From Octopus sinensis (Eukaryota): 64,000 bases of DNA. The position numbers and the translations under genes are program-made. Location of the stretch: the NCBI RefSeq assembly GCF_006345805.1, contig NC_042997.1:55428001-55492000 (forward strand), given 5' to 3'. Under the pieces are notes generated by a model. The model searched no databases. It had not been told where the DNA came from and was given only the letters and a program-made list of their open reading frames with translations. Of the stretch, positions 12,700 to 26,029 are shown in pieces. Each line of letters begins with the position of its first letter. Within the stretch, counting starts at the first letter, position 1.

Positions 12700-13808
12700 A
12701 GTCGTACTGTCACGTGGTACGCTTCTCCCTGTTGATTTTTGCGTTGGACGAAACGAGAGAACAACGTGCTTCCGTGAAATTCTGTTTTCTGCCGGGGAAA
12801 ACGGCGACCGAAACAACTGTCATGCGTTAAACAGCTTACATGGATGTTTTCATGAGCAAAACACAAGCTTACGAGTGGTTTTAACGCTTCAGGAATGGTT
12901 ATTTGTCGCTAAAATACCAGCCTTTTTCAGGGTGACCGTCGATCTCCCGAATAAATGAACACGTGAAAATTCATGTGTTCATTTATTCGGAGGATCGTCG
13001 AACAACTGACAGACTTCTTGATATGGCTGGTGTGTCCTGGAACTCATACAAACGAATTTTAAGCGAGGAATTACGAATGAAAAGAGTTGCAGGAAAATTT
13101 GTACCTCACTTGCTCACGGAAGATCAAGAGCAGTCACGACTGAATATGTGACATGAACTGAAAGAACAGTTGAAAGTTGATCCGGACTTTTTCTCGAAGG
13201 TCAACACAGGTTACGAATGCTGCCGCTACGGCTACAACTCGGAAACGAAGCAGCAATCAAGTCAATGGAAGTATTCGAAGACACCACGGCCCCAACAAGT
13301 GAGTCAAGTGAAGTCCAATGTCAAGATGATGCCGATTCGTGCCATCGATGCGAAATGTATTATCCACACAGAATTTGCTCCTTACGGTCAAACCAGAGAT
13401 TTTACTTGGCAATTCGGAAGCATTTGCGAGACCCGGTGAGATGAAAACGCTCCGAAACGCAAATTGGAGAGTGGTGGTTTTATCATGACAATGCACCTGC
13501 GCACATCACTTTGAGTATCAGACAGATTTTGACTTAAAATGGCATGACCTCTCTTACCCACCTTCCCTATTCACCAGATCTTGCTCCCTGCAACTTTTTG
13601 TTTCCTCGATGAAAAATGTCCTTAAAGGAAACGTTTTGAATATGTGGAAGAGGTAAAGAAGAAAGAAAAAACGACGGAGGCGTTAAAAACCTTCACTTCG
13701 CAAGAGTTCCAGTACTGCTTGGGATAATGGAAAGCATAAACATGTCATAAAACAAAGTGAATAAAATAATATTGTAAAATTCCGGTTTGTTTTGGGTGTA
13801 CCCTCGTG
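12700..13808 (+). mobile_element. Mariner (D,D34D) transposon, decayed; right TIR present, left TIR not found
   Basis: EQRASVKFCFLPGKTATET, KTQAYEWF, KFVPHLL, HDNAPAH and PYSPDLAPCNF motifs; 34 residues between HD and the third catalytic position (D mutated to N). Ends gggtgtaccctcgtg followed by TA. Confidence 0.92.
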
Positions 13809-15604
13809 TACATATGTCTGTATGTGTGTGTGTACATACATATATTATATGAGTATATGTGTGTGCATGTGTACGTGTGTGAGAGCGTGTATAAACTTTT
13901 GAGGACCGGGACGAGACACCCATTTTTTGCTATAATAAATAAATCTTTCCACTCTACTCAGTGTATTGATTTCTATAGTAGATAATGTTTGAACCATGTT
14001 AAATACATTTTAAATGCATTTAACATACATATACACGTGTATGTGTGTGTGTACACGCTGTCGTTAGGAGTTGAAGGTGTTATTACTACAATATTTGTGA
14101 ATAAATTTCTTGTAATTTACAAGAATATTCGAGAAAGTTAAATGAATGCAAGAAGTGTTCCTTTGCGTTTATTCACAAAGGATCTGTGTTAGTAATATGC
14201 TTTAATATTTTTCTTTTCTGTAGGAAACAAAAAATAAAACATTGTGTATTCGCCACGGAATATCTTGTTAATTAAAATATATGGATTTTCAACAGAATAC
14301 TGTGCTTAAATAACTGAGACCTGTAGTACTTATTTTTATTTATTCATTTACTTATTTCTATAATAACTAAAGGAGAATTATCATATATTTCTTATACGCT
14401 TCCCTCAACCTCTGGGAGCAAATAATTATTCTAAGTATCTAACCATTCCTTTAAGTTCGCTAACGAGAAGCTGCATGGATACATATTTCCAAAAGCAATA
14501 TTTTATGTTAATTTGCTATTTAAAGCGAGAGAAAAAGGAGTCAAATAATACTTAAGTCATTGTTCAACACATGGTTCTTCAACGGGTTGTGATGAAGACT
14601 ACAGGGTACGAAATAAATTTGTGACGAACTGAGCACACCGCTGATTTTAAATCGCCATCGCCGATCACAAATATTTTCCCGTTACATCTGTTTATAACCG
14701 TGATCTCAATAGCTCCTATTCCTTATAAACAAAACAGCTTCTATGGCGTTTCCCATGCTTCTAGAAATCGTAGTAAATTAATTTCAAATCATATCCCATT
14801 ATCGTAAAAACAGAAAAGACATATATGATAGTGTTATCTGTGATAGAGCTGGCCCCAAAAGGAAAGATGTTCACGGCTTGAATTCCGGTAATCATTGGTC
14901 TTTTCAATTGGGGCTGACTCGATCTCAACAACAATAACAATCTCATTTTCCCTAAAAAAAAATATTAGTTGTGTCGATTCAAATAGAAGCCAATCTTTCT
15001 TTATTAATTCTCATATTTTACCGATAAATATCAGTAGACAATCACGCGCATTCACTCACAGTTATACATGTGTATATGCAAGTTAACAACATAATAACAC
15101 GCTTATACGCTCACCCATTCACGCTCTCCCTCTTTCTCTTTCACAACAACACAATTTCTCTCTCATGCGCACACAGATTAATTCACACGTACAGTCATGC
15201 AATCATACACATTTTCAGAGAGAGAAAGAGGGGAAAGTAGGGATTGAGAGAGAGAGAAAGAGAGAGAGAGAGAGGGAACGAGGGATAAAGAGAAAGTGAG
15301 AGAAGGTAAGGAGGTGAAAACAAAGCAATAAACACATTTTTCAAAAGTACATGAAACTATACTACCTACACTTTAATCAGGAATTAGACATAATTATAAG
15401 TAAGATATAATCTAAGGTTACACTGTCCCATGGTACATTAGTTTTATATTTTGAGGAGAGTTATTGAAATAAATGAGCCTGGAGAGGGTTATAGACTTAA
15501 ACTGTAAAATGTCTAGAAATACGACTCACTTTTCTGTCTTTAAACCGCTAGCATTAATCATACATAAACTCTTCGCCATGACAAATACATATATATATAT
15601 ATAT

Positions 15605-16697
15605 ATAATTATTACCTATGAAGTTTTTATTCCCATGCTAGCCACTTGATATGATCGGTATTTTAAATAACGATCTTATCCTTATTTATATAAATTTATA
15701 TTTTTACTTCGTATTTATATTCTCTGCGGTGGTATTTTGACCATATCGCACGAGGAGTCTAGGCGGGCAATTTAAAAATTGTCGTGTGCATACATGCATA
15801 TATATGTGTGTATGCGTGCGTATATGTAAGTATTCGTATGTTGTATACCGTAAATCCTTGAGTATAGTCCGCCCTTGAGTATAATACGCATAGGATTTTT
15901 AGGGGGATGTACCTCTCAAAAAGCAAAGACCTTGTGTATAATACGCGCATCTTCTCTAACTTGAGTCGTGCGTAATTAAGCCAGCAGCACCTAGTCGAAC
16001 AAACGCTTCCGCGCATGCGTTATACAATAATGGTGATGTTCTTAATTGTTATATGGGAATGTAAATATGTTTGCAAATTGTTTTTGTTACATGTTATTCA
16101 GTGTTCTCAATACTTTTATTTTAATAAATGTTGCTTACTGCAAGTTATGGATGATTCTTTTATGACTTCATTGCTTTTAGGCTTAGCTTAAGGTATTTTC
16201 GCGCCCGGCATCACAAAATGCGCCTGAATGAACATTGTCGGACAGCAAATAGAGACTCGGACATTGCTTAGAAAATATTTTTCATTTTTAACCTCGGATA
16301 TAGTACGCACTAGGGATTTTAACCTTTAAATTTTAGGAAAAAATGCGGATTATACTCGAGGATTTACGGTATATATATATTTGTATTAATGTGCTATTTT
16401 GTGTGTATTCAACTGAGTAGGCAAAGCATTTCTTATGCGAAGTCAGAAATCCAGGATCTGGAATTATCCAATAAATTTTTGCTGGTTTATTTTGTCTCTT
16501 TGTCTTCTTTCATGGTACTGTATGAACATTTAATGTCGTTTTAGAGGCATGCTTTGGCTGCTATATCTAGCATGGTGGTTTCTTTTATATACTCTTAATT
16601 ATGATTTTAATTTTAATAATAATTATTACCTATGAGCTTTTTATTCCCATGCTAGCCACTTGACATGATCGGTATTGTAAATAACGATCTTATCATT
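15605..16697. repeat. Pair of ~80-bp direct repeats (15605-15683 and 16619-16697) bracketing the MITE
   Basis: ataattattacctatga..tttttattcccatgctagccacttga.atgatcggtatt.taaataacgatcttatc occurs twice. Confidence 0.9.
15848..16369. mobile_element. MITE, Tc1/mariner-pogo-like (522 bp)
   Basis: 25-bp TIRs, CCGTAAATCCTTGAGTATAGTCCGC (15848-15872) and its reverse complement (16345-16369), 23/25 match; flanked by TA on both sides; subterminal repeats of cttgagtata..cgc; no ORF. Confidence 0.9.
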
Positions 16698-18547
16698 ATA
16701 TATATATATATACAATTTTTAGATGTTGTTGTTGTCCTATAATCCCAGATGATCCCTGATATAGTAGACCTATTGTTTATAGTTTACCAAAAATCTAGGC
16801 GCAATCTATGGATTCATAGAGTGTCCGTCTGAACATATTGCCTGTTCTCTCCACTGTCTACTCGTTCCTGAGTGCTCGGAGATTTTTGATGCATTGTTTC
16901 AGCAGATAAGGTATACTCGATCAAAGCGCAACGGTTGCTGTCTCTTTGCAATTATTGCTGATGGTGTGCATCTCAAACTGGTATTTGAGAACATTGACGT
17001 TGCTCATGTTGTAGCTATTTTAGTGTATGTATTTCTCTCTCTAGATCGATTGAGAGAGATAGTGCTTTTAGGATGCTAATGTTCTAGCGAGTTGAATACG
17101 TGAGTGGGTATTTGTAGTTGTTTTCATTTAGTGGCAGAGACTGCAGGAGTGTAAGCTGGCAGCAGTAACGAACTGTCCTACAACCTTTGCTTTTAAATAT
17201 ATTTGTTTTGTAAGGCGACGAGCTGGCAGAAAAGCGTGTGTAACATAGGGTACCCAGGAATATTATCTAAAATAAATACAATTTTGAAGATAAATACCTT
17301 TCTCTAGTAGAAGATATATAAATTGAAACTCAATCTTCAGAAAGTGCATTGGTCACCCATGCAAGGTTATAACCGCTAAAAGTCTTGGTATGTCGAATGT
17401 AATACACAAACACAGTTTTAATTTTAAGTCACCTTCCTCATTTTCTCTCATTCGACATATTTTGGTACTTTTAAGCAGTATTGTCTTCTCTCTCTCTCTC
17501 TCTCTCTTTGACAAATTACTCTTTCATTGAATTCATTTCCGTGCCTATTCCAACATTGATATTATTTGTTCGTTAAGATAAATCTCTTTGATCATTTCAC
17601 TGAAAACGTTAGGATATTTTTTCTACGGCATTTTTATTTGTACTTCAACCAGCCTTACTTGTTGCTTGAATGTTGTGAATTCGTAATCAAAGTCTGAATC
17701 TGTAAAGCTGACCAAAACTAGTAGTAAAATGTTTTTTCATTTTTCCCAGAATGTAATTTTCTTTTGTCAACTTTTCATTAAATGCAGTGAAGATGCTTAC
17801 ATTTTAATAGTCATGGTGCTTAGGGGAATTTGTTTTTGGCTGCAATTATTCATCCCCAAACAGAAAGAAAAAACATTCCATTTGTATTATGATTCAAAAT
17901 TTTCTTTATTTTTTGCGTACCTGGAGATGATGCAGATTTATCCCTCGCTTTATAGTCATGTATGTTTCTTCTGATTTTTAAAATTCTTATATCATTCATT
18001 CCCACGTCTCTCACATTTGACTTTACTGTCTCCAAGTTCATGTCTTTTTATAACTTCCAATTTGCCATTTTGTGATAATATTTTCTTCATCTTAACGTCA
18101 AAACATTTTGTCAGTCTTTTCATACTTTGGTTAGATTGTATAATGTATTTTGTTATAACTTACTAAGCTGATCAAAGTTACACCAGCCACTTTATATAGA
18201 AACATTTATAGAAAGAGAGATACGGTGGAATATTACAATTCAAATGGCAGCTAATCTACCATACAAATACTGTTACCAAATGAATTGTTTGCGTGCATTG
18301 TTTTCTCAGATGTGATCTTTGTTAACTTGTTCTCTCCATACATCTGCTTACTGTGAATTCATACATTTATTTTTGGTATAAATTTATAAAGCATATAAAT
18401 TCAAGAAATGTACAACTTGAAGCAGAGTTAATGTAGTAGTAGTAGCAGCAGTAGCAGCAACGACAACAGCAGTGGTGATAGTAGTAGCAGCAACGCAGCA
18501 GCACAGCAGCAACAATAGTAGAAGTAGTAGTAGTAGTAGTAGTAGTA

Positions 18548-18578
<31 letters not shown>

Positions 18579-18584
18579 TGTTGT

Positions 18585-18890
18585 TGTTGTGTGTTCCTTC
18601 TCGAGCCATGCCTGGCTCATTAGGGCCGGTTTCCCGGTTTCCTTGGCGTATAGGTTCCCCACCAGGACCGGACGCCGGTCTATCGCAGATGAGCTGCAAG
18701 ATGCAGGAGGAAAGAGTGAGAGAAATTTGTGGCGAAAGAGTCAGCAGAAGTTCGCCATTACCTTCTGTCGGAGCCGCGTGGAGCTTAGGTGTTTCGCTCA
18801 TAAACACACACATCGCCCGGTCTGAGATTCGAACTCGTGATCCCTCGACCACGAGTCCGCTGCTCTATCTACTAGGCCATGTACCTCCAC
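18585..18890 (-). mobile_element. SINE family C, tRNA-derived
   Basis: Minus-strand head gtggaggtacatggcctagtagatagagcagcggactc...gagttcgaatctcag has A- and B-box-like motifs; tail runs into a TAG/TTG microsatellite. Confidence 0.8.
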
Positions 18891-19349
18891 TAGGAGTAGT
18901 AGTCGTAGACATATATTACGGTGCGCTTTAAGTAATTGTTTCGATTCTATATTGAACTTCAAAAATTATCGAAAGCTATGTTAGTGTAAATGTCTCTGTA
19001 TCAAGAATAATTATCTCTAAATAATGTGAATGGTCTACGTTGCAACAAAATACATTAATATAATCTAACCTCATATAAAAAAAAAGGCTGGCAAAAAGAA
19101 TTTCTACTGTGAAGAAGAAGAAGAAAGTTTTATATCGTAACTAATAAATTAAAAGTAATATCTTTTACTGTCCACGAAGACACTACTTTTGAAGCCGCTA
19201 ATACTAACGGCTTAACTAAATTTGCAGATGTGAAACATTCTTCCCGCTAGTTTGATTAACAGCATACTGATGCGATGATACTATTTCATTTTAAAGTATT
19301 ACTGTATTACAGAATATATTTTTAACGACGTTTGTGCCCCACCTTCTCA

Positions 19350-19532
19350 CCGAGTAACAACCGGTGAGTTTACGTCCTCGTAAGTTAGCGGTTCGGCGAA
19401 AGACATCAATACAATAAGTACCAGTACTTTATGACGTAAGCTCTGTGGTCAATGCATTCGAAGAAAATTCTTCAAGGTGGTGACCCAGCATGGCTGCAAT
19501 CTAATGACTGAAACATGTAAAAGATAAAAGAT
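19350..19532 (+). mobile_element. SINE family A 3' fragment
   Basis: ttagcggttcggcgaaagac...cagcatggctgcaatctaatgactgaaacatgtaaaagataaaagata. Confidence 0.85.
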
Positions 19533-19976
19533 ACACATACACACATACACACACACCTACATACATACATACATACATACATACATACATACATACATAC
19601 ATACATACATACATACATACATGTAAGCATACGTACATACATACATACATGCATGCATGCATGCATGCATACGTACATACATACATACAAAAATGCATAC
19701 ATGCAAGACTACAGATCCAGTCCACCACTAAAATTTAAAACTTTCCAAAAGATTTTCATTTAAGTATACATAAGCATGTCTAGATATGCAAGTATATGCA
19801 TGAGAAGATATACATAAAGCGAAACGTACAAATCTGATCGTATACATACATACATACATATATACATACATACATACAAACATACATACATACATACATA
19901 CATACATACATACATACATACATACATACATACATACATACATACATACATACATACATACATACATACATACATA
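19533..19976. repeat. (ACAT)n microsatellite blocks (19535-19700, 19838-19975)
   Basis: Visible tetranucleotide arrays. Confidence 0.95.
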
Positions 19977-21285
19977 GAGTGACCCGAGAATATTACACCA
20001 GACTTAGGAAAATATGGCAGTCGGAACTCTACCCTTACAAAAAAACAATATCCCACAATGCATTTGCAGTACCAATGCTGATACCAACATTCGGGATACT
20101 TTATTGGCCTGTAGAGGAAATCCACACCATAGATATCAAAACCTGCAAAATCCAGACAACTAGGAACTTCCACAGAAACAGTGATGTTGACAGACAAGAA
20201 GAAATGAAGGTCGTAGAGGCCTGATATCAGTGCAGACGGCCTTCGAATGCCGTATGGTATCACTCAGGCAGCACCTGCGAAACAACAGCAGCAAAAATAA
20301 ATATATTAATGCAGTCCTGAAAAGTGAAGTGAGCAAACATTCTACGAGTTGGCAGTGAACACCTCAAGAAATAGTCTCTTCCTGATGATCTCTTATACAG
20401 CCCCAAAACAGTTGGGCTCTCTTGCTTCAGAGAAGACCTGGATGGAAAGCACTCAGCATACAAAAACAAAAAAAGACCATGCATGGGTATGTTTCCTGGA
20501 AGCTTGAAGAAGAGTAGAAATGACATGAAGCGCAGCCTCTCTTGGACACAAGATCACTACATCACATCATACTTTGAAGGTTATGCATTTGCAATCCAGG
20601 AACAGCAGATTGCCACAAAGTACCCGGTGAACAAGGGAGACAGCGACACCGTGCAACCGCATGTGTGGGCTATGTCATGTTTCTGCGGAAGATATTACGC
20701 ATGTAATTAGTAGCTGTCCTAAAATGTCGTCACGGTACTACCTTTCTATGCGGCACGATGTTCGTTGCTGAAATAATTTACAATGCCATCCGCAAAAAAA
20801 AAACTGTCCTGAAATAAACTTAGAAAATCCTTCAGTCATGTAATACATTCATAAACACCAACTCAAGGAATACTGGTGGTATATTCCCATCAAAACTACT
20901 ATCAAATGTAAGCATAACAGGCTGGATATTGTTGTTTGAAACAGAGGGGCAAAGGTATATACCATCATAGAGGTTAGATGCCCTGCAGATATAAATATCT
21001 CTTTGAAAGTCAAAGAAAAAGAGGATATTTGGCAATTGCTTCGAAACCTCCAGCTTCTATATCCAGAAAAAGATTTCATATTTATAGCAATAATAATTGG
21101 AGCAATAAGTTTTGTTAGTAAATGCTTAAAGAAAAATCTGGATAAAATGGGATTTTCAGAAAGAGAAACTGACCGGCTGGTTCGTACAAGTCCAATTTGT
21201 GAGTGGAACAATAAAAATATGAAAGACTTTCTCAAGTTCCAAATTTGAATTTATCTTTGTTAACTACATCCAAAAGATGGAGCCT
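19977..21285 (+). mobile_element. R4/Dong-like retrotransposon, 5'-truncated (RT thumb, CCHC, RLE)
   Basis: TREYYTRLRKIWQSEL...HNAFAVPMLIPTFGIL...NFHRNSDVDR; AFAIQEQQIATKY; SSCPKMSSRYYLSMRHD; IIEVRCPADINISLKVKEKED; C-terminus ...MKDFLKFQI* at 21248. Confidence 0.88.
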
Positions 21286-21286
21286 T

Positions 21287-21392
21287 GTATCCATCCATCC
21301 ATCCATCCATCCATCCATCCATACATCCATCCATACATACATACATACATACATACATACATACATACATACATACATACATACATACATAC
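21287..21392. repeat. (ATCC)n/(ATAC)n microsatellite
   Basis: Visible array directly 3' of the Dong-like copy. Confidence 0.95.
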
Positions 21393-21824
21393 AATATCTT
21401 TGAATGCAGGAAAAAAATCATCAAATCTTAACACAGAACTAAAACTAGTCCATCTGATCTCTCTTTTTCTGACTAGGAAAATATTTTAGATAAATGTAAG
21501 TTATTTGTGTACAGTTTGGCATAAAATCTGTAGATATACTCCGGCTCAATTCACGGTACAACATTCATTATGCGTATGGAGTATGTAGGCAAAACTGTTG
21601 CCGATACTACTTTTAGTAGTAACAGCAACAGTTTTAACATTCGATTATGTTAATAATCTTTGCCAAATGTGTTATTATTTTCTTCTCAAATAATTCCATC
21701 CATAAACCGATACCAATTCTTTAAATGAATTAATTTCTTTTCATTTGTATACTTCTATATTTTCGATAAGTGATAGTTTCGGTTCAGATTACTGCTTGTT
21801 CATTTAAGTTATCACTTTTTCCGT

Positions 21825-22090
21825 TTTATCTTATACTTGCTTCAGTCATTAGATTGCGACTATGCTGGAGTACCGCCTTGATGGATTTTTTCGAAGAAAT
21901 CGACTCCGGTCTTTTCCGTCAACCGGATTCGCCTAACTGCTTCGTTACGGGGATGTAGACAAACCAACACTGGTCATCAAGCAATGGGGGAGAGGCAAAC
22001 ACACACACACACACATACACACCAGATCTGCTCACAAGGTGTTGATCGAACTTGGGTTATAGTAACAGACACTTGCTTAAGGTGTCACGC
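21825..22090 (-). mobile_element. SINE family A, decayed
   Basis: ttcagtcattagattgcgactatgctggagtaccgcc...gacacttgcttaaggtgtcacgc. Confidence 0.85.
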
Positions 22091-22139
22091 TACGTTAAGC
22101 GGGATGTAGACAAAACAACACTGCCCTTATTGAGCAGAT

Positions 22140-22520
22140 GTATGGTGGAAGATATTCTAGCCATAACCAGGAACAGAAAATGTATCTACAACTGAAATGT
22201 CTAATTCCCGTTTCGTGACAAAAGAGAATGGCAGGAGAGAAATTTTACTGCTATTTTTTGCAGATCACGCGATTAGGTAGAGTCTTACTTAACTCATACT
22301 ACCAAAACTAATGTTATTATTGTTTGCCGCAATCAACACAGATCAAGTAACTTTACTAATAAAAGCAATCCAGCCATGACTGCCCTGTTTCTTTCTGATT
22401 TTCTAGGACTATGCTATCAAATATATCCTATCCTTATTCTGAATACTGTGGAATGTCACTTAAGGGTGATTTTGCGGCTAATATTACAAGATGTAGTGAT
22501 TGATTAGAAACTAATAGTTG
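22140..22520 (-). repeat. Dispersed repeat fragment related to 38127-38460
   Basis: Reverse complement shares cagccaaat/ccgcaaaat...gtcatggctgga-like segments with the 38.1-38.5 kb repeat; alignment by eye only. Confidence 0.45.
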
Positions 22521-23019
22521 CTGGACTAGGTGACAGCTAGTCTTGTTTAAATGAATAAACGCTATACACCTAAATCAACTCAAGACATTTCTAATGAGTG
22601 TATGATACTAAAATCTATTAAAAAAACATTACTTGAGAATGCACTAAATAACCTTTATTAAAGTAGCTACGGTTCATTAAAAATGAATGAAACATAGAAA
22701 TAATGACTTAATTATAAGATATCATGAAAACTTCTTATGCAATCTCGCACCAGCTTTTTAAAAATACAATGTCATATTCATATCGTGACATCTTTATCAA
22801 TACATAAACCTCTCCCGTGATATACATATACATATATGCATATATTCATATGTATGTGTGTGTGTTTAAGTTTGTGTATGTATGTATGTATGTATGTATG
22901 TATGTATGTTTGTGCATCTATGTGAATGCGTGTGTATTTTAGCGCCAACGAAATTACTGGAAGCATTTAACCGTTCTCTCTTTCTTTTTTCATTACATTA
23001 CATTTTGTTTCTTCTTTAG

Positions 23020-23133
23020 AATCGTTTATTGAATCTTAAGCCAAGCTAAAGATAGGGTGCAGTAATGTATGAGAGATATCGAGTAACTTGGTACACCGCG
23101 TATTTCTTCATTGCAGCTATTGGTAGTGCTTTG
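23020..23133 (+). CDS. Candidate start-codon exon (CDS 23065-23133): MYERYRVTWYTAYFFIAAIGSAL, signal-peptide-like
   Basis: Long polypyrimidine acceptor ending AG at 23018-23019, in-frame upstream stop, ATG at 23065, phase-0 donor GTAAGC at 23134; basic N-region followed by a hydrophobic stretch. Downstream exons not identified. Confidence 0.35.
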
Positions 23134-23282
23134 GTAAGCCACCGGTGTGAGTTATTTATACCTGCTGCGTTAAGAGCTCGTGTCAGTTTTTAATTGCATT
23201 TTTTTTCGTACTCGCTAGCTGTTGACAGCGAGATGTGTTTTAGCTCAGTTCACCAATCTCACATTTTTTCTTCCAAAATTCT

Positions 23283-23310
23283 ATTACTATCATTATTATT
23301 ATTATTATTA

Positions 23311-23403
<93 letters not shown>
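23283..23403. repeat. (TAT)n microsatellite
   Basis: Visible array; source of poly-Y/L/I ORFs. Confidence 0.95.
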
Positions 23404-23405
<2 letters not shown>

Positions 23406-24431
23406 TGTGTCCTCTTTTTATTCAAGTTTCTCCCCCCCCCCCGATTCTCACTCAGTGTGTATGTTTATGTTTATGCAAGTTGAAATATGTATATATATAT
23501 ATGTATGCATCTATACGTGTCAATGCATAAAAGAAGAATACGTATATGTTTATATATATATATATATACATACTTACATACATATATATGCGAGTGTTTG
23601 TGTGTGTGGGGGTGTGTGTGTATACTTGTACAACACAAACAAATACACGTGTGTGAGCATGTATGCTTGTAGGAAATTAAGTATAAAAGTGGTTATACTC
23701 TTCACATACATACCTATATATGTGTGTATGTGTGTGTGAATGTGTGCGTGAGAGAGGGAGTGAGTGTATATATATAAGTTTGAATATATGACTCTGTATG
23801 CGTGATCATACTCTCGTACACACCAGGAATTTCCTCTACGGCTATACTTAACGAGAAGGTAAGCTAGTTATTTAAACAAGTTTACATGTAAGAGTTACCT
23901 GTAATAGAGACTTCTAGTTTAGCGAAAAAGAGGTTCAATTAGTTACCTAGTGCATCGCCAGATTCTAATGATGTCTTGGTTCCATTTTTAAATGTATCTG
24001 AAATGTTAATATTGTTACACTTCAATAATGAAATTGATTGTATAGTTAATTAAAAAAAAGGAGGACATTTTATACACATACTCTGACACATGCACACACC
24101 GCGCACATACACACACTCATACTCTTCCATGTATGTATATATATATGTATATATATATACACACACACACATGGAAGATTCAATCAGAATATTTAATGTG
24201 TTTTGTTACTGTTTACACTTTATGCTTGTATGTATATAGACAGTCATTTACACACACACACACACACATGCACACACACACACACACATACACACAGATA
24301 TACTTACATATATATATATAAATATATATACGGGTAGATACACTTTAATTTGTGTATGTATAACTATGTATATGTATGTACTTATATAATTATATCTTTA
24401 TATCTCTCTCATTCTCGGTTTCTTTCCGTCG

Positions 24432-24474
<43 letters not shown>

Positions 24475-24539
24475 CACACACATATGTATACATATATATA
24501 ACTATATTCTGGTCTTATTGTTATTATTTTCTCTCTATC

Positions 24540-25885
24540 ACAGGTTTTGTCGGAGCACCTGGTGTCTTGGATGTGTATCAGGTTTACTACCTGTAGCCTA
24601 CGGTAGCATGCTATTCGTTCTGTACAGCTAATACCTTCGTGATTATTCTGGCTGTGCCTAGGATGCAAAACTTTTGTAACAGTTCTACTGGGTACTCTAT
24701 TCTTATCTCCTTTATATTCCTCTTGATGCCTTCTGATACTGTCCCCAAAGACCTAACAATATTTGACACTATCTTCACCTTCTTCATTCCCCATAGTCGG
24801 GCTATTTCGTACTTAAGAGGGTTGTATCTACCTATCTTTTCGCCTTCTTTCTTAACTATTCGTGGGTCAAAGGGGCGTGCAACACCAACTATATAGCATA
24901 TGTGGTGCACCTTGTCCACCACCACTAGGTTCGGTCTGTTATGCTCTAGCACCCGATCTGTTTGTATTTGGAAATCCCAGTGGATTTTGCTAGTCTCCGA
25001 CTCCGCCACTCTCTGTGGTTTGTGCTAATACCACGTCTTACCTCTCTCAAGCCACTACGTTTCGTAATGTAGCACTTTTTCCAATGTAGCACGTTCGCTA
25101 CCTGGTCGTGTCGCCACAACTTGTTCGAGATATGGGCAATGGTTTCATCCACTCTATTGCAGATGCGGCACAGCGTAGACACTTGTTCATTCCTCAGGTT
25201 AACCATCCAGTTTGTGGCCAAAACTTGAGTCTGCGCTGCCAGCATAGTGCTCTCAGTCTTTTTTTTAGAGTTCCTTTCATCAGCTAATCCCACTATGTCT
25301 TCCAGCAACTTTTGTTGTGGGTAAATGGGGTTGGTTGTGCAGTCTTTGTTGCGTAATTCTTCTTCATGTCCTTTTTGTACTTCTTCCTTGTTTTCTTTGG
25401 GCTAGGTATCTCATTAAACTCTCGAGTTCGATACGCACGCAGTCTTCCACATTTATCAGTCCCCTTCCTCCATTTGCTCTCATCATGTATAGGCGATCAG
25501 TGTCTGCATTAGATGATGGGTTTCAGGCATCGTTAGGAGCTTTTTTACTTCCTCTCCACCTCCTTTAACTCATCCTCCGTCCACTTCAGATTCCAGCGCT
25601 ATACGAACGACAGCGACTGCGCGTGAGTTTATTGCCGAAATTATGTTTCTTGTATTCAGCTTTGAGGTAAATATTTTCCTCAATCGCAGCAGGAACTCTC
25701 TTTTTGTCTTTTCCTTCATGTCGTGGTGTTTGATTCCATCTTCCTCAAGTATTCCCAGGTATTTATAGCTGGAGTGCGGTTGAATTGCATGCATCATTTC
25801 ACCACTTGGCAACCATATGCCTTCTGTCCTGGCAAGATTTCCTCGTTTCATCACCATCGTAGCACATTTTGGGAGTCCAAACTCT
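24540..25885 (-). mobile_element. R4/Dong-like retrotransposon, 5'-truncated
   Basis: IEFGLPKCATMVMKRG...YKYLGILE, TESTMLAAQTQVLATNW...CRICNRVDETIAHI...RHDQVANVLHW, KIHWDFQIQTDRVLEHNRPNLVVVDK...LGTARIITKVL (RLE). Confidence 0.93.
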
Positions 25886-26029
<144 letters not shown>

